From Hemiscyllium ocellatum (taxonomy: Eukaryota): a DNA stretch of 64,000 nt. This document shows positions 12,180 through 25,990 of the stretch, one piece after another. Below the pieces are notes generated by a model. The model made no database searches. It was given only the letters and a program-made list of their open reading frames with translations, and had not been told where the DNA came from. The stretch spans positions 52,133,001-52,197,000 of the forward strand of contig NC_083421.1 in the NCBI RefSeq assembly GCF_020745735.1. Direction: 5' to 3'. Every line of letters starts with the position of its first letter. Position 1 is the first letter of the stretch. The position numbers were made by a program, and so were the translations under genes.

Positions 12180-12950
12180 AAAAATAGAAGCAAATTACTG
12201 CTGATGCTGGAACTGCAAAACAAATGCAAAAAACGTTGGAGAAACTCCTCAGATCTGACAGCATCTATGGAGACGGAAATAAGCTAACATTTTGAGTACA
12301 GCATAACTCTTCTTCAGAATTGAATGGAGTGGGAAAATGAGTCCTTCTATACTTTTGACAGAAGTGGTGGTAGGGTGAAATGGTATACAGGCCCAGTGCA
12401 AAAGACAAAGTAGTTGTTAATGGTGGTGAAAGAGAAAAAAAGAGATGTAAAATGAGTGTAAATTAAGTTGTGAAAGGGAGAGAATGGGGCCTTTCTACTG
12501 AGGGCAAAGTAAGCAGGGCACACACATGACAAGGTAGGGTGTGGGGTGGTGGAGGGAATGTAACAAATGCAAGAATGTAAGAAAAGTGTAGAACAGATAT
12601 GGTCAGGATCTAAATTTATGGAATTCGATATTGATTCCTGGAGAATGCAAAGTGCCTAAACTGAAAATGACGTGTTGTCCCTCAAACTTGCTTTGTTCTT
12701 CATTGGAACATTGTAGCAGGCCCAGGACAGAAATGTTAGCATCAGAGCAAGATGGTTTGTTGAAATTGGAAGCAACTGAAAGGTCGAGGTCCTTCTTACA
12801 GACTGAGCGGAGATGTTCTGCAAAGTGGTCATCCAGTTTGCATTTGGTTTTGCCACTATAAAGGAAACTACATTCTGAATGGAGAATAAAGCAACCTAAA
12901 TTGAAGAAAGTGCAAGTAAAACACTGCTGAATTGAATTAAAGTGATCTCT
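12180..12950 (-). mobile_element. Penelope-like element 3' fragment (family D) with GIY-YIG endonuclease domain
   Basis: ORF 12603..12956: FTCTFFNLGCFI..CSFLYSGKTKCKLDDHFAEHLRSV...QHVIFSLGTLHSPGINIEF. Degenerate hammerhead CTGAAGA-agagt...actc-aAAA at ~12283-12319. Confidence 0.85.
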
Positions 12951-12973
12951 ACTCATTGGATGTGTAGTGATTG

Positions 12974-13190
12974 TAAAGAGGTCAGTCAGGTGGACTTTAT
13001 AGAATATGAGTTCAATAATTGGGGCTGTTAACCTGGTCCAGTCAGGGAGCCCTGTTTGACAGATATAAACAGGAGTGTCAGAGGTTCAGTTCACTTTGAG
13101 AGCTGTTTCTGTGCTAGCTGGATCAGTGTTAAGTACTGTGCACATGTAAATAAAGGGTGACGTGGTGACATCATACTGGCCTCTTTGAAT
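12974..13190 (+). mobile_element. Probable solo LTR
   Basis: Starts tgtaa, contains a TATA-like gatataaa (13063) and an AATAAA (13149) in LTR order; no TSD confirmed. Confidence 0.5.
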
Positions 13191-13469
13191 GTGGGATTCT
13201 GTTTTATCTGAGATAAAGTGTGAAGGTAAACCTAAAAACGGAAGGTATTTCTATTTGGATTTTCTTGCGCAATTACATTCTTCTCAGCTCATTACATGAG
13301 CATGCATGGGTCAAGCACTAAATTTTATATGCAGGCAGGCATGACGTTCTGTGCCAGGGACCTTCTGGGCCCACTTCCTAAGGCACCATATTGACAAAGC
13401 AATGCACTTCTTGCAATCTAGGAGCATCACTTAACCCCTCATCATCTTCCAATTCACCCTGGAGATATC

Positions 13470-13690
13470 TGACACAAGGCGACATTTCAGAAACACCTCC
13501 CTCAAGGTCCTCCTGAAGCTCATTCAGGAGAGAGGGGAAATTCTTTTCCCTTGGGATAGCAGCAAGTGGCCTTTCTGACTGATGAATACAGACTGAACAG
13601 AGATGGCTGTGGAGGTCAGGACCTGTGGATAGTAGATGAGAACCTAAGTTGAGTACCATAAGAGAACAAATCATCTGTTATGCTCAGCTA
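13470..13690 (+). mobile_element. Harbinger Myb/SANT-like DNA-binding ORF relic
   Basis: + strand reads RHFRNTSLKVLLKLIQERGEILFPWDSSKWPF*LMNTD*TEMAVEV (PRFSD-LEVL...VLFP...W-EVA pattern). Confidence 0.6.
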
Positions 13691-14599
13691 GCAATGCACT
13701 GTCTATTCAATATTTCTTTCCCCTATGAGTGAGCATGAGTACTGTAAACGTGCCACAGAAATGGACTGTCCCACATAGATTGGCTGCTAGGTATATCAAT
13801 TAGATGTCTAATATACAGACAACATCTGTCACTTATTGCAACTACCAGGGTAGTACTACTTTCACCACAGACATATTGCCTGTCACGCTACAATATTCAG
13901 CAGCTGACATACTGTCACACCATCAGATCCCTCCACTTTGTTCACAACTAGGAAAATGCACACATCTAATGGCTTTTCACCAGAAGTTTTCATGGGATAA
14001 GGATACAGTAACAAAATATGATCGGAGATATTTTTATTTTGAAAGTATACTTTATTCTTAAAAAAAATCTGTGAAGTTCTAAATCAGTTCTGTACAGTCT
14101 TTGCGGAGACAAAAGATAAACAGCACATTGGAATTTTTGACATTTTTCAGCTTCTCTACAGTTGCAAAATCAAGATATTTTATACATATCAGTAAACTAT
14201 TTATGTTCATTTTGGGAGAGGGTGTGATGACTGAATGGACCCCTGTTATACTTTGGCAGAAAGACCTCAGACAGTGGTCTTTCCCTATTGAGCCTTGGTG
14301 GTAGCTGCCTCAACTTCAGTGCCTTCAGCATGTAGTCCTCGACATGAAGATTTGTTGATGTCATGTACTGCCACACATACTAAAGTTTTATTAAAGTATT
14401 GTGTGTTTGATTTGCATTGATTGAGGCTTTATCACTAGGTGGCTGTAAATATTCAACCTCCTCTCCAGCACACCCTAGTTCCCATTCCTCTCCTGCCAGC
14501 TCAACACCTCACTCCTCCAAAGGAGGTCAGGGTCCTTATGTCAGATTAATCCCCGTCCAGGTCTGAGAATGATTGTACTTACTATGCACATTTATACAT

Positions 14600-15262
14600 G
14601 CTTATGGTCCTAGTTCAGGATTTTCTTTAGGTTAACATGCAGGTTCAGTTAGCAGTTAGGAAGGCAAATTCATTGTTACCATTCATTTTGAGAGGACTAG
14701 AGTACAAGAGCAGAAATGTACCTCTGAAGCTGTATAAAACTCAGACCATTTTTGGAATATTGTGAGCAGTTTTGGGCTTCGTGTCTAAGGAAGGATGTGC
14801 TGGCCTTGGAGAGAGTCCAGCTGAGATTTCCATGAAGGATTCAGGAACGAAGGGCTTGTCATATGAAGAGCAGTTGAGGTCTCTTGGATCTGTACTCAGT
14901 GGAGTTTAGAAGGATGAGATGAGATCTCATTGAAACTTATAGAATACAGAGAGGCCTGGACACTGTGGACATGGAAAAGATATTTCCACTAGATGGAGAG
15001 ACCGGGACCTGATGCACAGCCTCAGAGTGAAGGGAACTAAAATGAGGATTTTCCTTCACCCAGAGGATAGTTAATCTGTGGAATGCATTGTCTTGGAAGG
15101 CTGTGGAGGCCAAGTCATTGAGTATATTTGAGGCAGAGATAGATTTTTGATTAGGAGGGAATCAAAGGTTACAGGAAGAAGGCAGGAGAATGGGGTTGAG
15201 AAACATATAAGCAGTGATCAAATGGTGGAATAGCCTACTTCTGTTCCTACATCTTATGGTCT
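14600..15262 (+). mobile_element. CR1 3' fragment inserted in the Harbinger relic
   Basis: RGLEYKSR, LEYCEQFW and LYS.EFRRMR.DLIETY motifs; tail catcttatggtc. Confidence 0.8.
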
Positions 15263-15479
15263 GTCTGCCATGACTCACTATTGCCTTGTCTTCTTCAGCG
15301 TCCTTATCATTAGCATTGGCTCCTTCATCACCAAGATTTGAAGAAACAGGTGACTGCCCATCTCTCCCTCTTCTCAGTTCTTACCTAGTCGTTAAGCTTT
15401 GCTGTGCAGGGCACAGTGACAGTCACAGTCCTTAAGACCCTGTCTATTAAGCACTAGAGTATCCCTCCTGAGTGGTCCA

Positions 15480-16100
15480 GGCAACAGAAGCACAACTTCT
15501 GAAGGCTACTTTTCTATTCAGTGATGGCCCTCGTAAAGATATGAGCAGAATTGTAGCATTTTTCAGCATCAGTCTGAAGTATGTGCACTGAGATCATTAG
15601 CTATGTCTGCTTCTCACCCACAAGCTAACCCTGGAGCAAACATTTGAGCAACCTGGGAACTGTGCAAATTGTAACCAGTATGACAGCTGTCTGGATAGCG
15701 GGCACAGAGCTACAGAAATTGTTGCCTGTAATCACAAAGGAGCTGGATATTGAGAGAGTGAAATCTCTTTCTGTTTAGGAATCTGGTTGATTAATGTGAT
15801 GAAGCTCTGATTGTCATGTGTGCAGTTGACCCCTTGTATCTATGGGAACCCAACAATGGTTGCAAACCCGACATCTCAGGCACCTTGGGTCCTTCGGTCT
15901 ATGGTGAACTGGACAAACTGTGCTGATTTCTTATCAATGTAATCAGTGAATTCACAAATGTGCTTATGGGCTGCTGATTGAGAGATGCAATATGTGTCCT
16001 CATTTAAAGTTTGAAAGGAGTCACCGGCTGGAAGGTTAAGTGCCACTGATCTTGAGAGCAGTAGTGCCTTACACTGCCTCTTATTCAATTTACCCACTCG
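15480..16100 (-). mobile_element. Harbinger/PIF transposase relic
   Basis: ORF 15876..16109 VALNLPAGDSFQ..CISQSAAHKHICEFTD. Downstream on the minus strand: FLNRKRFHSLNIQLLCD...CARYPDSCH (HARBI1 DDE motifs). Confidence 0.8.
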
Positions 16101-17472
16101 TCTTCCCACTCGAGCATATCTCCCTTAACGTTCCCCTTTTTACATTTTCACCCATCCATGTGATTCTTCTCTCCTGCTTGTCTGACCTTTCCATCAAGAT
16201 CTTCAAACCCCTATTAACCCCAAACCTCTGGTCTCACCTCCTGTCACTGGTACTCTAGGGCCTAAAGATCTGTGGTGGGTAATCTGAGGAAGGACTTCCA
16301 CCTTAGTGAAATGTGGAATCCCTCTCTCCAGCCAGTTAATACTCTTCAGAATGTTAAATAACTGCAGCTATTATGATTGGAAGGCATGCATGCTCTGCTA
16401 TCTTTTGGATGGTATAGTGGAAAACCAGGTTCCATGTTTCCATTCCCTCATCATCACTGAGTCATAATCCTGAAACTCCCTCCTTTACAGGACTATGGGA
16501 GTACTTATACTTCATGGACTGCAGCAGGTCAAGAAGGCTCACCGCCATCTTTTGAAGGGCAATTAATGATAGTCAGTAAATGCTGGCCTAGCCATCATGC
16601 CCACAACCTTCTAATGAATATGTGATAAAAACTAGTCAGTGGTAGAAATTAAGGGAATCAAATTCAATCACTCTCTTCCTTTATGATTATAAAGAATAAA
16701 CCTTTTCATTTTCTTGCAGAGTTTTATATTACTTAAGTTGCTGGAATATGAAATATTTGTTTTCTTTGTAATCAGCAAGAGTATTGTGCTCAGGTATATT
16801 GTAAATAACAGTTATTAATATACCACATTGGAGCTTCAAAGAATTCCTTATTAAATCAGTGCAGCATTGCCATCTCCCACTTTAACTACCCTTATGGCTT
16901 GTCTGATTATGATCGACCATTTACTGCCAGTTGCACTGAATCTGAAGCCAATTTTGTAGAACTTGAGACTGTCGGGAATTGGCTTGACACTACCCAAACT
17001 GATTTCATTTAGGACCCTTGACAGCTGTCAGAGACTTTCATCCCATCTGTCTGGGGCTGGATTTAAAACCAGGCCAGCATTAATACTCAACATAAGTCAG
17101 TCTGCTGGACAATTAGTTTATTTGGAGCCTTTCAAACTCTTTCTATAAAAAAGTCTTTGTTTTAGTTATATGTTAGCATTGTGCTGACTTATTTGACATT
17201 TGGTGAACTTATTTGACACTGTTGCTTCATGTGCCAAAATCTAAAGGAATTCCAATAAAGAAAGAAAGAAATAACCAGATGAAAGCTTTAAATCTATAGG
17301 AAGTAAATAAGAACAGGAGTAGGCCATTTAGCCACTTAAACTTGTTAGAGAGGTATTGTCATTTACAGCTCAGAAGAAAGCCATTTGGCCCACTGAATCT
17401 CTTTGTGAACCAATCTAATCAGTTCTTTTTTCCTCCACTCTATCCCATAGCTCTGTAAGTTTATTTACTTCA

Positions 17473-17750
17473 AGGGGAGCTAGTGGTATTGTGGTAATAT
17501 CATTGGACATTAACCTAGAGTTAATACTGTAGAGGCATGGGTTCAAGTCCCACCACGGCAACTGGACTTTAAATTTAATTAATTCATCCAGAATATAAAG
17601 TTAGTCTTAGTAATAATTGTCATTAAACTGTCATTGATTGTGATTCTTTTATAATGGGCTTTATGGAAGAAAATGTGCCATCCTTACTGGTCTGGCCTAT
17701 ATAATCACTTACATAGCAATGCAGTTGACTTTTAACTAATTTCTTACATT
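17473..17750 (+). mobile_element. tRNA-derived SINE (related copies at ~17945-18220 +, ~33600-33915 -, ~41020-41370 +, ~55720-55920 -)
   Basis: A-box-like tggtattgtggt, B-box gggttcaagtccc, shared body tggtctggccta. Confidence 0.7.
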
Positions 17751-17752
17751 CA

Positions 17753-17908
17753 GGAGTCACACACTACCAGGTTATAGTTCAACATTTTGAAATCAAGTGG
17801 GCCACTTCAGCTGATGTTGTGATTTCAAGTAAACCTGTTGGACTATAACCTGGTGTTATGTGACTACTAATTTTGTCCATCCTAGTCCAACACTGGCATC
17901 CCCACATC
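17753..17908. mobile_element. Tiny palindromic PLE family B tail remnant
   Basis: gagtcacac..ccaggttatagttcaaca is inverted to tgttggactataacctggtgttatgtgact; no TSD found. Confidence 0.65.
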
Positions 17909-20900
17909 ACTCTCTTATTTGGCAGAGCAAGCTGCGGTTAAAAAGCAATCAGGTTTTATCACTAGACCTATTAATTCAGAGACCCAGGTCATGTTCTAGG
18001 GACCTGGGTTCAAATACTGCCATGGCAGATGGTGGAATTTGAACACCATTAAAAATATCTGAAATTAGGAGTCTAACAATGATCATGAAACCATTGCTAA
18101 TAGTCAGGAATCCAGCACCCCCCCAACCCCCGCTTGGTTCACTAATGTCCTATAGGGAAGGAAATCAGCACTAAATGCTGTCCTAACCAGCAATGTCCTT
18201 CCCATGGATGAATAAAAAATAATTAAACCTTTTCAGATCCAAAATGGATTACCTCACAGATGCTTCTATTGAAATCATTTGCTACGGGAAGAACTTGAAA
18301 AAATTAATGATCTCCAAGCTGTCTCAGCATGATCAGGGAACACCAAAGTTATAAATATTACATAGTAAGGTTGGATCATCTTGATTCCTTGCCTGCATAC
18401 CAGTAAGAGCAACCTTTTTTTTTGGTAAAGGGTAAGGATACTTCTTTATTCTCAGACAATTTGCACTTTTGTGTCCAAGAAAATATACAATAAAAACAGC
18501 TGGAAAATATAGTGCCATGCCTTGAGATTTTACAAAAGTGTAACCTTAATCATCTTATAACTAAGTTCTAAATTGAATAATTCTTATACGTATTAGATAA
18601 CAATGATAAAATCTGTTACACAGCAATGAGAGCAAGAAGTAATCTTGATGTGTAAAACCATAATAAAAAGAATTTTTTTTTCTAATCTTGAGCAAAATAT
18701 CTTTTCAGCTCAATTTAATTGTTTCAAAACAGTGATAATGTAAATTATCCTAGTTTGGAAGGACTTTTTAAAAATATATTTTTATTGAAAAATAGATATT
18801 TTAATATTACAACAAATACAAAACAATACAAAGAAAAAACACAAAAAAGTTTTAAAAACCCAAACCACCCTCATGCACAAATGTATAAATATATATATAT
18901 ATAAAAATAAAAATCTCAACTAACTAATTAACTAAATAAATAATAATACAGCTTAGCAAACCAAAACACTAACTCTCAAAATATCGAGAGCCTTAATTTC
19001 CATAATTCATACGTTCGCAGCTCACCCATCTGGATATCAGATCTGTAAACACAATCGTTACAGCTATATAAAAGCCCTCATTAGTGTGGCAGACAAATCT
19101 GTGTCCAGGTATTCCAAAAAGGGCCGCCATGTCTTATAGAAATTCTCAGTTTTGTGGTGTACCGTACTTGTAAGTAGATGCAAGGGGATATGTTCCATAA
19201 AAACCTTACACCAACTCAACAGGCCTGGGGGATTTCCGGACACCCAACAAAGGTATTCTTTCTTGCGCAAAAAGGATGTTGATAAGATTTTTCTTATGCG
19301 CATCTACAGGGAATACACTGGGCAGGTCAAGAAGAAGAGAGATTGGATCCTTCTCCATCCTTACACTCAAAATCCCCTCCATTGTACTTGCCACAGCGCT
19401 CCAGTATATTTGAAGCCTGCCACAGGACCAGAGACAATGGGTGCCCATACTAACTTTACACTTAGGGCATGTTGAAGGTACTCCTGGTTTAAATCTGGAG
19501 CCAAGCAGACCCTGTGGAGAATCTGCAACTGTAAAGCATGGATCCTATTGCAAATTGATATCTTTCTTGCGTTTTCCTAAATATCTTCCCAAGCCTCTGA
19601 GGAGACCTCAATGCCTAGCTCTCTCTCTCTCTCACAGCCTGCAAAGCTGATCAAACTCATATGAGGGGCCACCCCCAGTTGATGATATTGCTGACAGAAA
19701 GTGCACTGTTAGCACTGAGCAGCCTCTTCTCTATGTCGGATTTGTAGGGATCAGTCAAAAGTGGAGTCTTTTTTTGAATAAAATCCCAAACTTGAAAAAA
19801 AAAACAAAAGAGGTCCTGGCTAGATAGCTTGTATTTCTGCACTAACTGATCAAAAGACTCCCTCAAATAAATCACCCATACAAGACACACCCCTAGCTGC
19901 CCAGAACTTGAATACTGAATCCATCATCCCCAGTTAAAAACCTGGCATACCCATTATAGGTGTAAGAAAAGATGTTTTGCCAATATTGCTTGCTCTCTGC
20001 CGAATTGCCCTCCATGCTTTAACAATATTGATAACTATTGGGTTATGGCAATATTCCTTAACAGTCCTCATTTTGTCCAAAAACAGCAAGCTCGTAAGGG
20101 GGCACTTTGCCTGCGAGGTTTCAATATCTAACCATATTGAAAGAGGGTCCCCACAAGTCCAGTCACTCACGTAAGATAAAAGTGAGCTCAGTTGATAGGT
20201 TTTAATGTCCAGGAGATCCACGCCCCCCAATCTGTGAGGCAACTGCAATTTAGCTAATTTAATAAGGGACCACTTATGATACCAAATAAGAGAGCTGAAC
20301 CAACCATTCAGTCTCCTGAACGTTTGCTTATCGAAAATCAGGGGGAGCATTCATATAGGGTACAACAAACAGGGGAGAATATTCAACTTAATAAGAGCGG
20401 AAGTACCTCCCATCTTTGATGATCTTCTTTGATTTTGTCAAATAATTGAACAAAATTAGCTTTAAACAACCGATCAAACACTGGAGTGATGAACATGCCC
20501 AAATACATAAAAATCCCCGTGACTACTTAAATGGGAATCGAGATTCACCCTCAATACCTTGTACCTTCGTAAGACCACCCATAGGCATAGTCTCTGATTT
20601 TGCAAAATAAATCTTGTACCCTGAAAAGGTGTACCAAGCGAGGCACGAAACTGTTGGATTTGACAAAAGAAATTAGGATATTGTCCACATACGATAAAAT
20701 CTTGTGTAATTTTGACCCCGCTTCTGGAGCCAATATATTAGGATCCCTATGCATGGCCTCCGCCAACGGTTCAATCACCAATGTAAAAAGCAATGACAAC
20801 ACTGTTGACTGCCCCTAAAAATACTAAAATTGCTTGATTATACCCTATTGATGATGACTGCAGTGAGAGGGTCGCTGTAGAGAACCTTTACCCATCTTAT

Positions 20901-22078
20901 AAAGGCTTCACCCAAGACAAACTGCTCTAGAGTATAAAAAAGGTACGGCTACTCAACTCAATCAAATGCCTCCTCTGCATCTAGAGAAATCACCAATCCC
21001 TGTATTGACAGTTGTTGACACTCTTGAATTACATTAAGCAGCCTCCTAACATTATTGGAGGATCGATGGCCCTTTATGAAGTCCATCTGATCCTCTTTAA
21101 CAATAGAAGGTAACAGTTTCCAGCCTTAATGCAATAGTCTTATACAGGATTTTAAAGTCAACATTTGAGCATGAAATGGGCCTGTAAGAAGCACAGTCCT
21201 CCAGGACCCTCCCTTTTTTTAAGAATAAACAAAATATTGGTCTCTTAGAGATGGCAGGAGATTATCATGACTGTACAAGTCATTGAACATGTTGAATATT
21301 GGGCCTGACAATATGCTTATAAATTCCTTATAAAATTCACTGGGAAATCCATCAGGACCAGGGGCCTTTCCAGTCTGAAGCTGCTTCACAGCCTCCTGCA
21401 GCACTTGCTCTGAGAAGGGGGCATTGAGAAAAGATTCTTGCTCGTGGGTCACACCCTGAAGCTCCAGATCCTTGAAAAAGTACTCCATCTTGGCCGGTCC
21501 CTCCTCACAACCCTCAGACTGGTATAATTCAGAGTAAAATCTCTGAAATGCTGCATTAATCTTTTTAGAATCACATGTTAGGTTCCCAGCACCTTTCCTA
21601 ATCAACGTGTTATGGACAAGGCTAGACCACTCAAACATTTTTGAGCTGGCAACCCAGACCATAACTTTACAATTTGTTTCAGCATGTGTACAGAGAAAAT
21701 TACCGGGTGTAAGTTAGCTCGGTTGACTACCAGGTTTTAAAAGAGACAGAAATTTATTCACAAAATTACACAATGAAACAAAGAACAGAATAAAGAACCC
21801 CTATAGAACACAGTTTATTCAAACTAGACTTAATTATGCTGTTCTGAATATACACAACAGTTCCCAATAAGCAAACCCCCTCAAAAAACGGTAAAAGAAA
21901 GGGAACAGATGCTTATAGGTTAAAGTTAGAACAGCAGAAAGAGAGAGAGCCTGTTCATGTAGTCCACTGCTGAATTTCTACCTAGTTCTGGGCTGAACTG
22001 CTTAGCTAGAGAGCTGACCACTCCCCTTTAATTATGCAGGTCACTTCCAAAGCCTGAAGTCTCATCTGTTAACATATA

Positions 22079-23028
22079 CAGGGGAACTTCGATTATCCGA
22101 ACGTGATGGATGAGCAATATTTTGTTTGGATAATCGATTATTCGGTTAATTGATTAAATGCCTTTTCTCTCGGGCTCGGAGTTTTAAAGTCTGCTCCCCA
22201 TTCAGGGCATCGCAGCAGCACACAGTATGCGAGCCCTCGCTCCTGCATCGTCCATCGCCTCATCCAACTCCACCTCTCACTCCCCAACCCTGTCCAACAG
22301 CACCCCCAACCCCGTCGACCACCACCCCCCAACCTCATGCAACACCGCCCTGCCCTGCAAACCTGTCCAACACCACCCCAACCCTGTCCAACACCTCCCC
22401 CAACCCCATGCAACACTGTCCCCGCCCGCAAACCCATCCAACCCCGCCCCTACCTCCCAAACCAGTCCCCTGTCCCCCAACCCCGTCCAACACCGCCCGC
22501 ATCCCCCAAACCCATCCAACACTGCCCCAACCCCATGCACAATGCCCCCGTCCCCAACCCCATCCAGTTCCGTCCATCACTGCCCCCAACCCAGTCCAAC
22601 ACCGCCCCCAATCCTGTCCACCCTACCCCTCTCCCGGGCAGCCAGACTGTACACCAACAACAAGATTGCTGCTGCTGCCTTTGTGGGGTAAGTCTCCACA
22701 TAGTGTGCACACACATAGCCACAGTCACACACATGACTTCTTACTGCAACTTTTTGACAGGTTCCACCTTTGCCCTGTACAGGACAATTATGGTGGGAAA
22801 GGGGGTTTAGGGTACACCCCTCTGTAGAACTCCAGGGAAAGTGTGGGGTGAGTGAGAGGGTGGGCAGTCAGTCATTTGGAGATGACGCCTGTTTAATCAC
22901 TGTGAACAAAAGACTCGATCACTGTTGGAAACACGTCTTTGATGTAGTGTTTCTATCAGGACTTCGAGATCTCCTTTGGATAATCCGATTTTCGGATAAT
23001 TGGTATTCGGATAATCAAGGTTCCTCTG
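22079..23028. mobile_element. Non-autonomous Tc1/mariner-pogo-type DNA transposon nested in the LTR
   Basis: TA on both sides. 23-bp TIRs caggggaacttcgattatccgaa / cagaggaaccttgattatccgaa (20/23); subterminal ggataat repeats. Confidence 0.85.
22262..22635. repeat. C-rich minisatellite (~20-28 bp unit, ccccaaccccgtccaacaccgcc) inside the DNA transposon
   Basis: Many imperfect tandem copies; source of the Pro-rich spurious ORFs. Confidence 0.85.
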
Positions 23029-25978
23029 TAAACAAGAAGGCCTCTGAATAACCTTTAACCTCTGTACCAAACCAGTCTAATTGGAGTTGGGAGTGTTTTA
23101 TTATCCGTCTGAAAAAACCCAAGGAAACCGTATTCTTGAGAAAAGGAACAACTTTTACAAAAAAATGGACCAGCTTTGTGACAGACGTAATAGTTTGAGG
23201 GGCACTCTTTTTCCTGGTGAGATACGCCACGTACTTGCCCGGTTTGTCATTGTGCTCAAACAACCTTAGTTTTGTGAATGTACGCTCCTTCTTTGCTGGC
23301 TGCATGAGCACGGAATTCATTGCAGACTGCAGTGCTATAATCCTCTGTAGCTTGGCCAACAAAGGCCTATCAAAGTAAGCCTTCTCGGCTGCTTTCAACC
23401 GTGCCTTGAGGAAATGTTGGTGCTCACCCTTCTGCTGCTTCCTACCAGCAGAGTAGGAGATAAATAACCCCCGGTTAGGCTTTGACAGTTACCCAAAGTA
23501 CTGACGGAGTACATACCGAGCCTGAATTAATGTCTAGCAACACCCTGAGTTCCTTAGAGAAGTACTCCGCAAACCTTTTATCCTTAAGGGTAAAGGGATC
23601 CATTTGCCAGTGCCTCAGGCCCAATATAGCATCCTTAATCTTAACTAACAGGTACACTGGAGCATGATTTGAGATGGTAATATTACCAATCGTACAAGAT
23701 GTCAATAAGTCCAGGGCTGCCATGGAGCTCAGAGAAAAAAAAAAATCAATCGTGGTGTGATATCTGTGTGGATTGGAAAAAAACATAAAATCCCTGTCTG
23801 TAAGGTGGAGATACCTCCAGACGTCCACCAAACCTAACTTCACCCACAGATCCATTAATTGTTTAGTTTGTACAGAGGGTATCAGGGTGCCTTTGGGCAA
23901 CCTGTCTACCAGGGATTTGTTAGTCAGTTAAAATCTCCCCCTATAATGGTATGCCGAGACATGAGACTGATCAGTTTAGAGAACACATCTACCAGAAACT
24001 GGAGGGGAAGAGCTGGAGGGCAGTAAACATTTAAAACTTCTTCCCCATTGATCAGGGCTTTGAGGATTACAAACCTCCCTGAGTGTCTTTAACACACTCT
24101 AGTAACTTAAATGGGAGATTCCTCCTAACTAATATAGCCACTCCCCTACTTCTGGTATTAAAAGTAAACCCGATCAAAACCATTCTGCTGTAGTTTCAAA
24201 TGCTCCCTATCATCCAAGTGTGTCTCCTGTAATAAAGCAAGATTCACCTTTTCCTTTCTAAGATTCGAAAGTATCTTTTTCCTTTTAATTGATTAGTGAC
24301 TCCCCTGGATGTTCCAGGTGCACCATTTAATCAAGTCATTAGCCATAACCTTCTGCAGTCACATTTTAATTCCAGAGAGGAGGAACTCAAATTAAAAAAA
24401 AAAAAAAAATCGCCAAACCTTAGTGTCACAAGATCCATTGAACATAAAAACTACATAAACTAAAACCACTATCGTTGGCAAACCTACAAAGCTATTAAAG
24501 ACTACATACAACAAAAACCAAAAAAAACAAACCAACGTATAAATTGCCAATGACATTAAATAGGGGAACTCACCCCCTCCCCAAAGGGGGCATCTACACA
24601 ACCCAAAACCCAACGTCTCATCCTACTGCTAATACAGCAGCCAGGGCAGTTAAATAGCTGAACCAGGCATAAACTGCCCACAAGTAGGCATCTAGCCATC
24701 CCAACCATTTTCTCTCCTCCTAGCTAGAGCTGCACCACAAACACAAGCAGCAAGGAAAGAAAATACACGATGGAATAACAATGTGAACAAAGAAATTTTG
24801 AAAAAAAGTTAGTACACCACCCATCCTTTGGTATAACTTAACTTAGAAATTGAAAATAAACATTCCAGCTGCCCCACATGCTTAATTTAGACCAGATTAT
24901 TACCAATAAAAAAATGAAAAGACAAAGAAAGCCCCGACTGGACTTGCTCTTTTTTTTAAAAAAAAGTAGAGACATATCCAAACAACACTATTATTTGTAC
25001 ATACTAAATTATTCAGATTAAGTTAATTTGTCAACAAAGTCTCTTGCCTTCTCCAGCGTGCCAAAGGGAAGTGCAGTTCCATCTAAGGTGATTTGAAGCA
25101 CTGCCGAATACCTCAGAGTACTGGATCCCGAGCTCCCTCAGTCTTCTCTTGATGCCATCCATAGGATTTTCTTTTCCACTTCATCACCGATGAGAAGTCC
25201 TGGAAGAACATGATCTTAGAGCCCTTGTAATCTGGAGTCTTCAGATCCTTCCCCTGGATTCTGGATGCTTCCACGATTCTCTCCTTATCTCTACAGTGAT
25301 GAAACCACACCAGGGTAGGACAAGGATGTTGATCCAGACCTGACCTCTGCGCCATGACCTAGTGAGCCCTCTCAATCTTCAAGCTTCCCATTCCAGCTTC
25401 CAAGTTAAAGAATTTCGACAACCAGTCCTCAGTAAATTCCACTGGTCGCTCATCTTCCTTCCCTCCAGCAGACCGACAATCTGCATATATTTTCTTCTGC
25501 CCCTGTCCTCGAGATAATCACCTGGTCAAGCAAATTACAGATCTGCTTCTCCAGCACCTGGATCCTATCCTTGGAGGAATCAGTATCAGCTTCCACCACT
25601 GTCACTTGTATTCTATCTCATCCATCCTTTTCTCGAGGTCTCCCAGCTGCTGTTCATGCTTCTGCAACATGACAGATTGGAGCCAGCTCCTCCTTTATCT
25701 GCTTACCCAACATCTTGCAAGATTTTGCAAACTCCTTTACTGGGACCTAGTAGGAAATCGAGCCCAAGGATCCTGCAGGCTGGGCCATGGACTTACAAGC
25801 TCCCTGCTTTGGCAGGCTGGACGGTGAAAGCCAAGATAAATTATTCTTTAACAATTTCCTGGGACTTCACAACCTTTCAAGAGTCCCAGGATATCACAGT
25901 GATCGGAGTAGGGCGTGTTAGAACTTCATCCCGCTTGCACTGTGGTGCGGAGCTCTGCAACGTGATCTTTCTAGATCA

Positions 25979-25990
25979 CCGCCATCTTGG
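25979..25990 (-). promoter_or_regulatory. YY1-type site (CAAGATGGCGG) at the 5' end of the L1-clade element
   Basis: ccgccatcttgg lies within ~20 nt of the TSD-defined 5' terminus, as for YY1 sites in mammalian L1 promoters. Confidence 0.6.

Larger units (their letters stand above)
21608..23183. mobile_element. Solo LTR nested in L1 ORF2
   Basis: TGtta...tgaCA termini and a 4-bp flanking duplication aacg/gacg. L1 ORF2 is continuous once it is removed (..APQTITS | LIRKGAGNLTCD..). Confidence 0.75.

Noticed and set aside
22138-22827. Long Pro/Gly-rich ORFs on both strands
   Set aside because: They arise from the C-rich minisatellite inside a non-autonomous transposon; no splice signals or domain.
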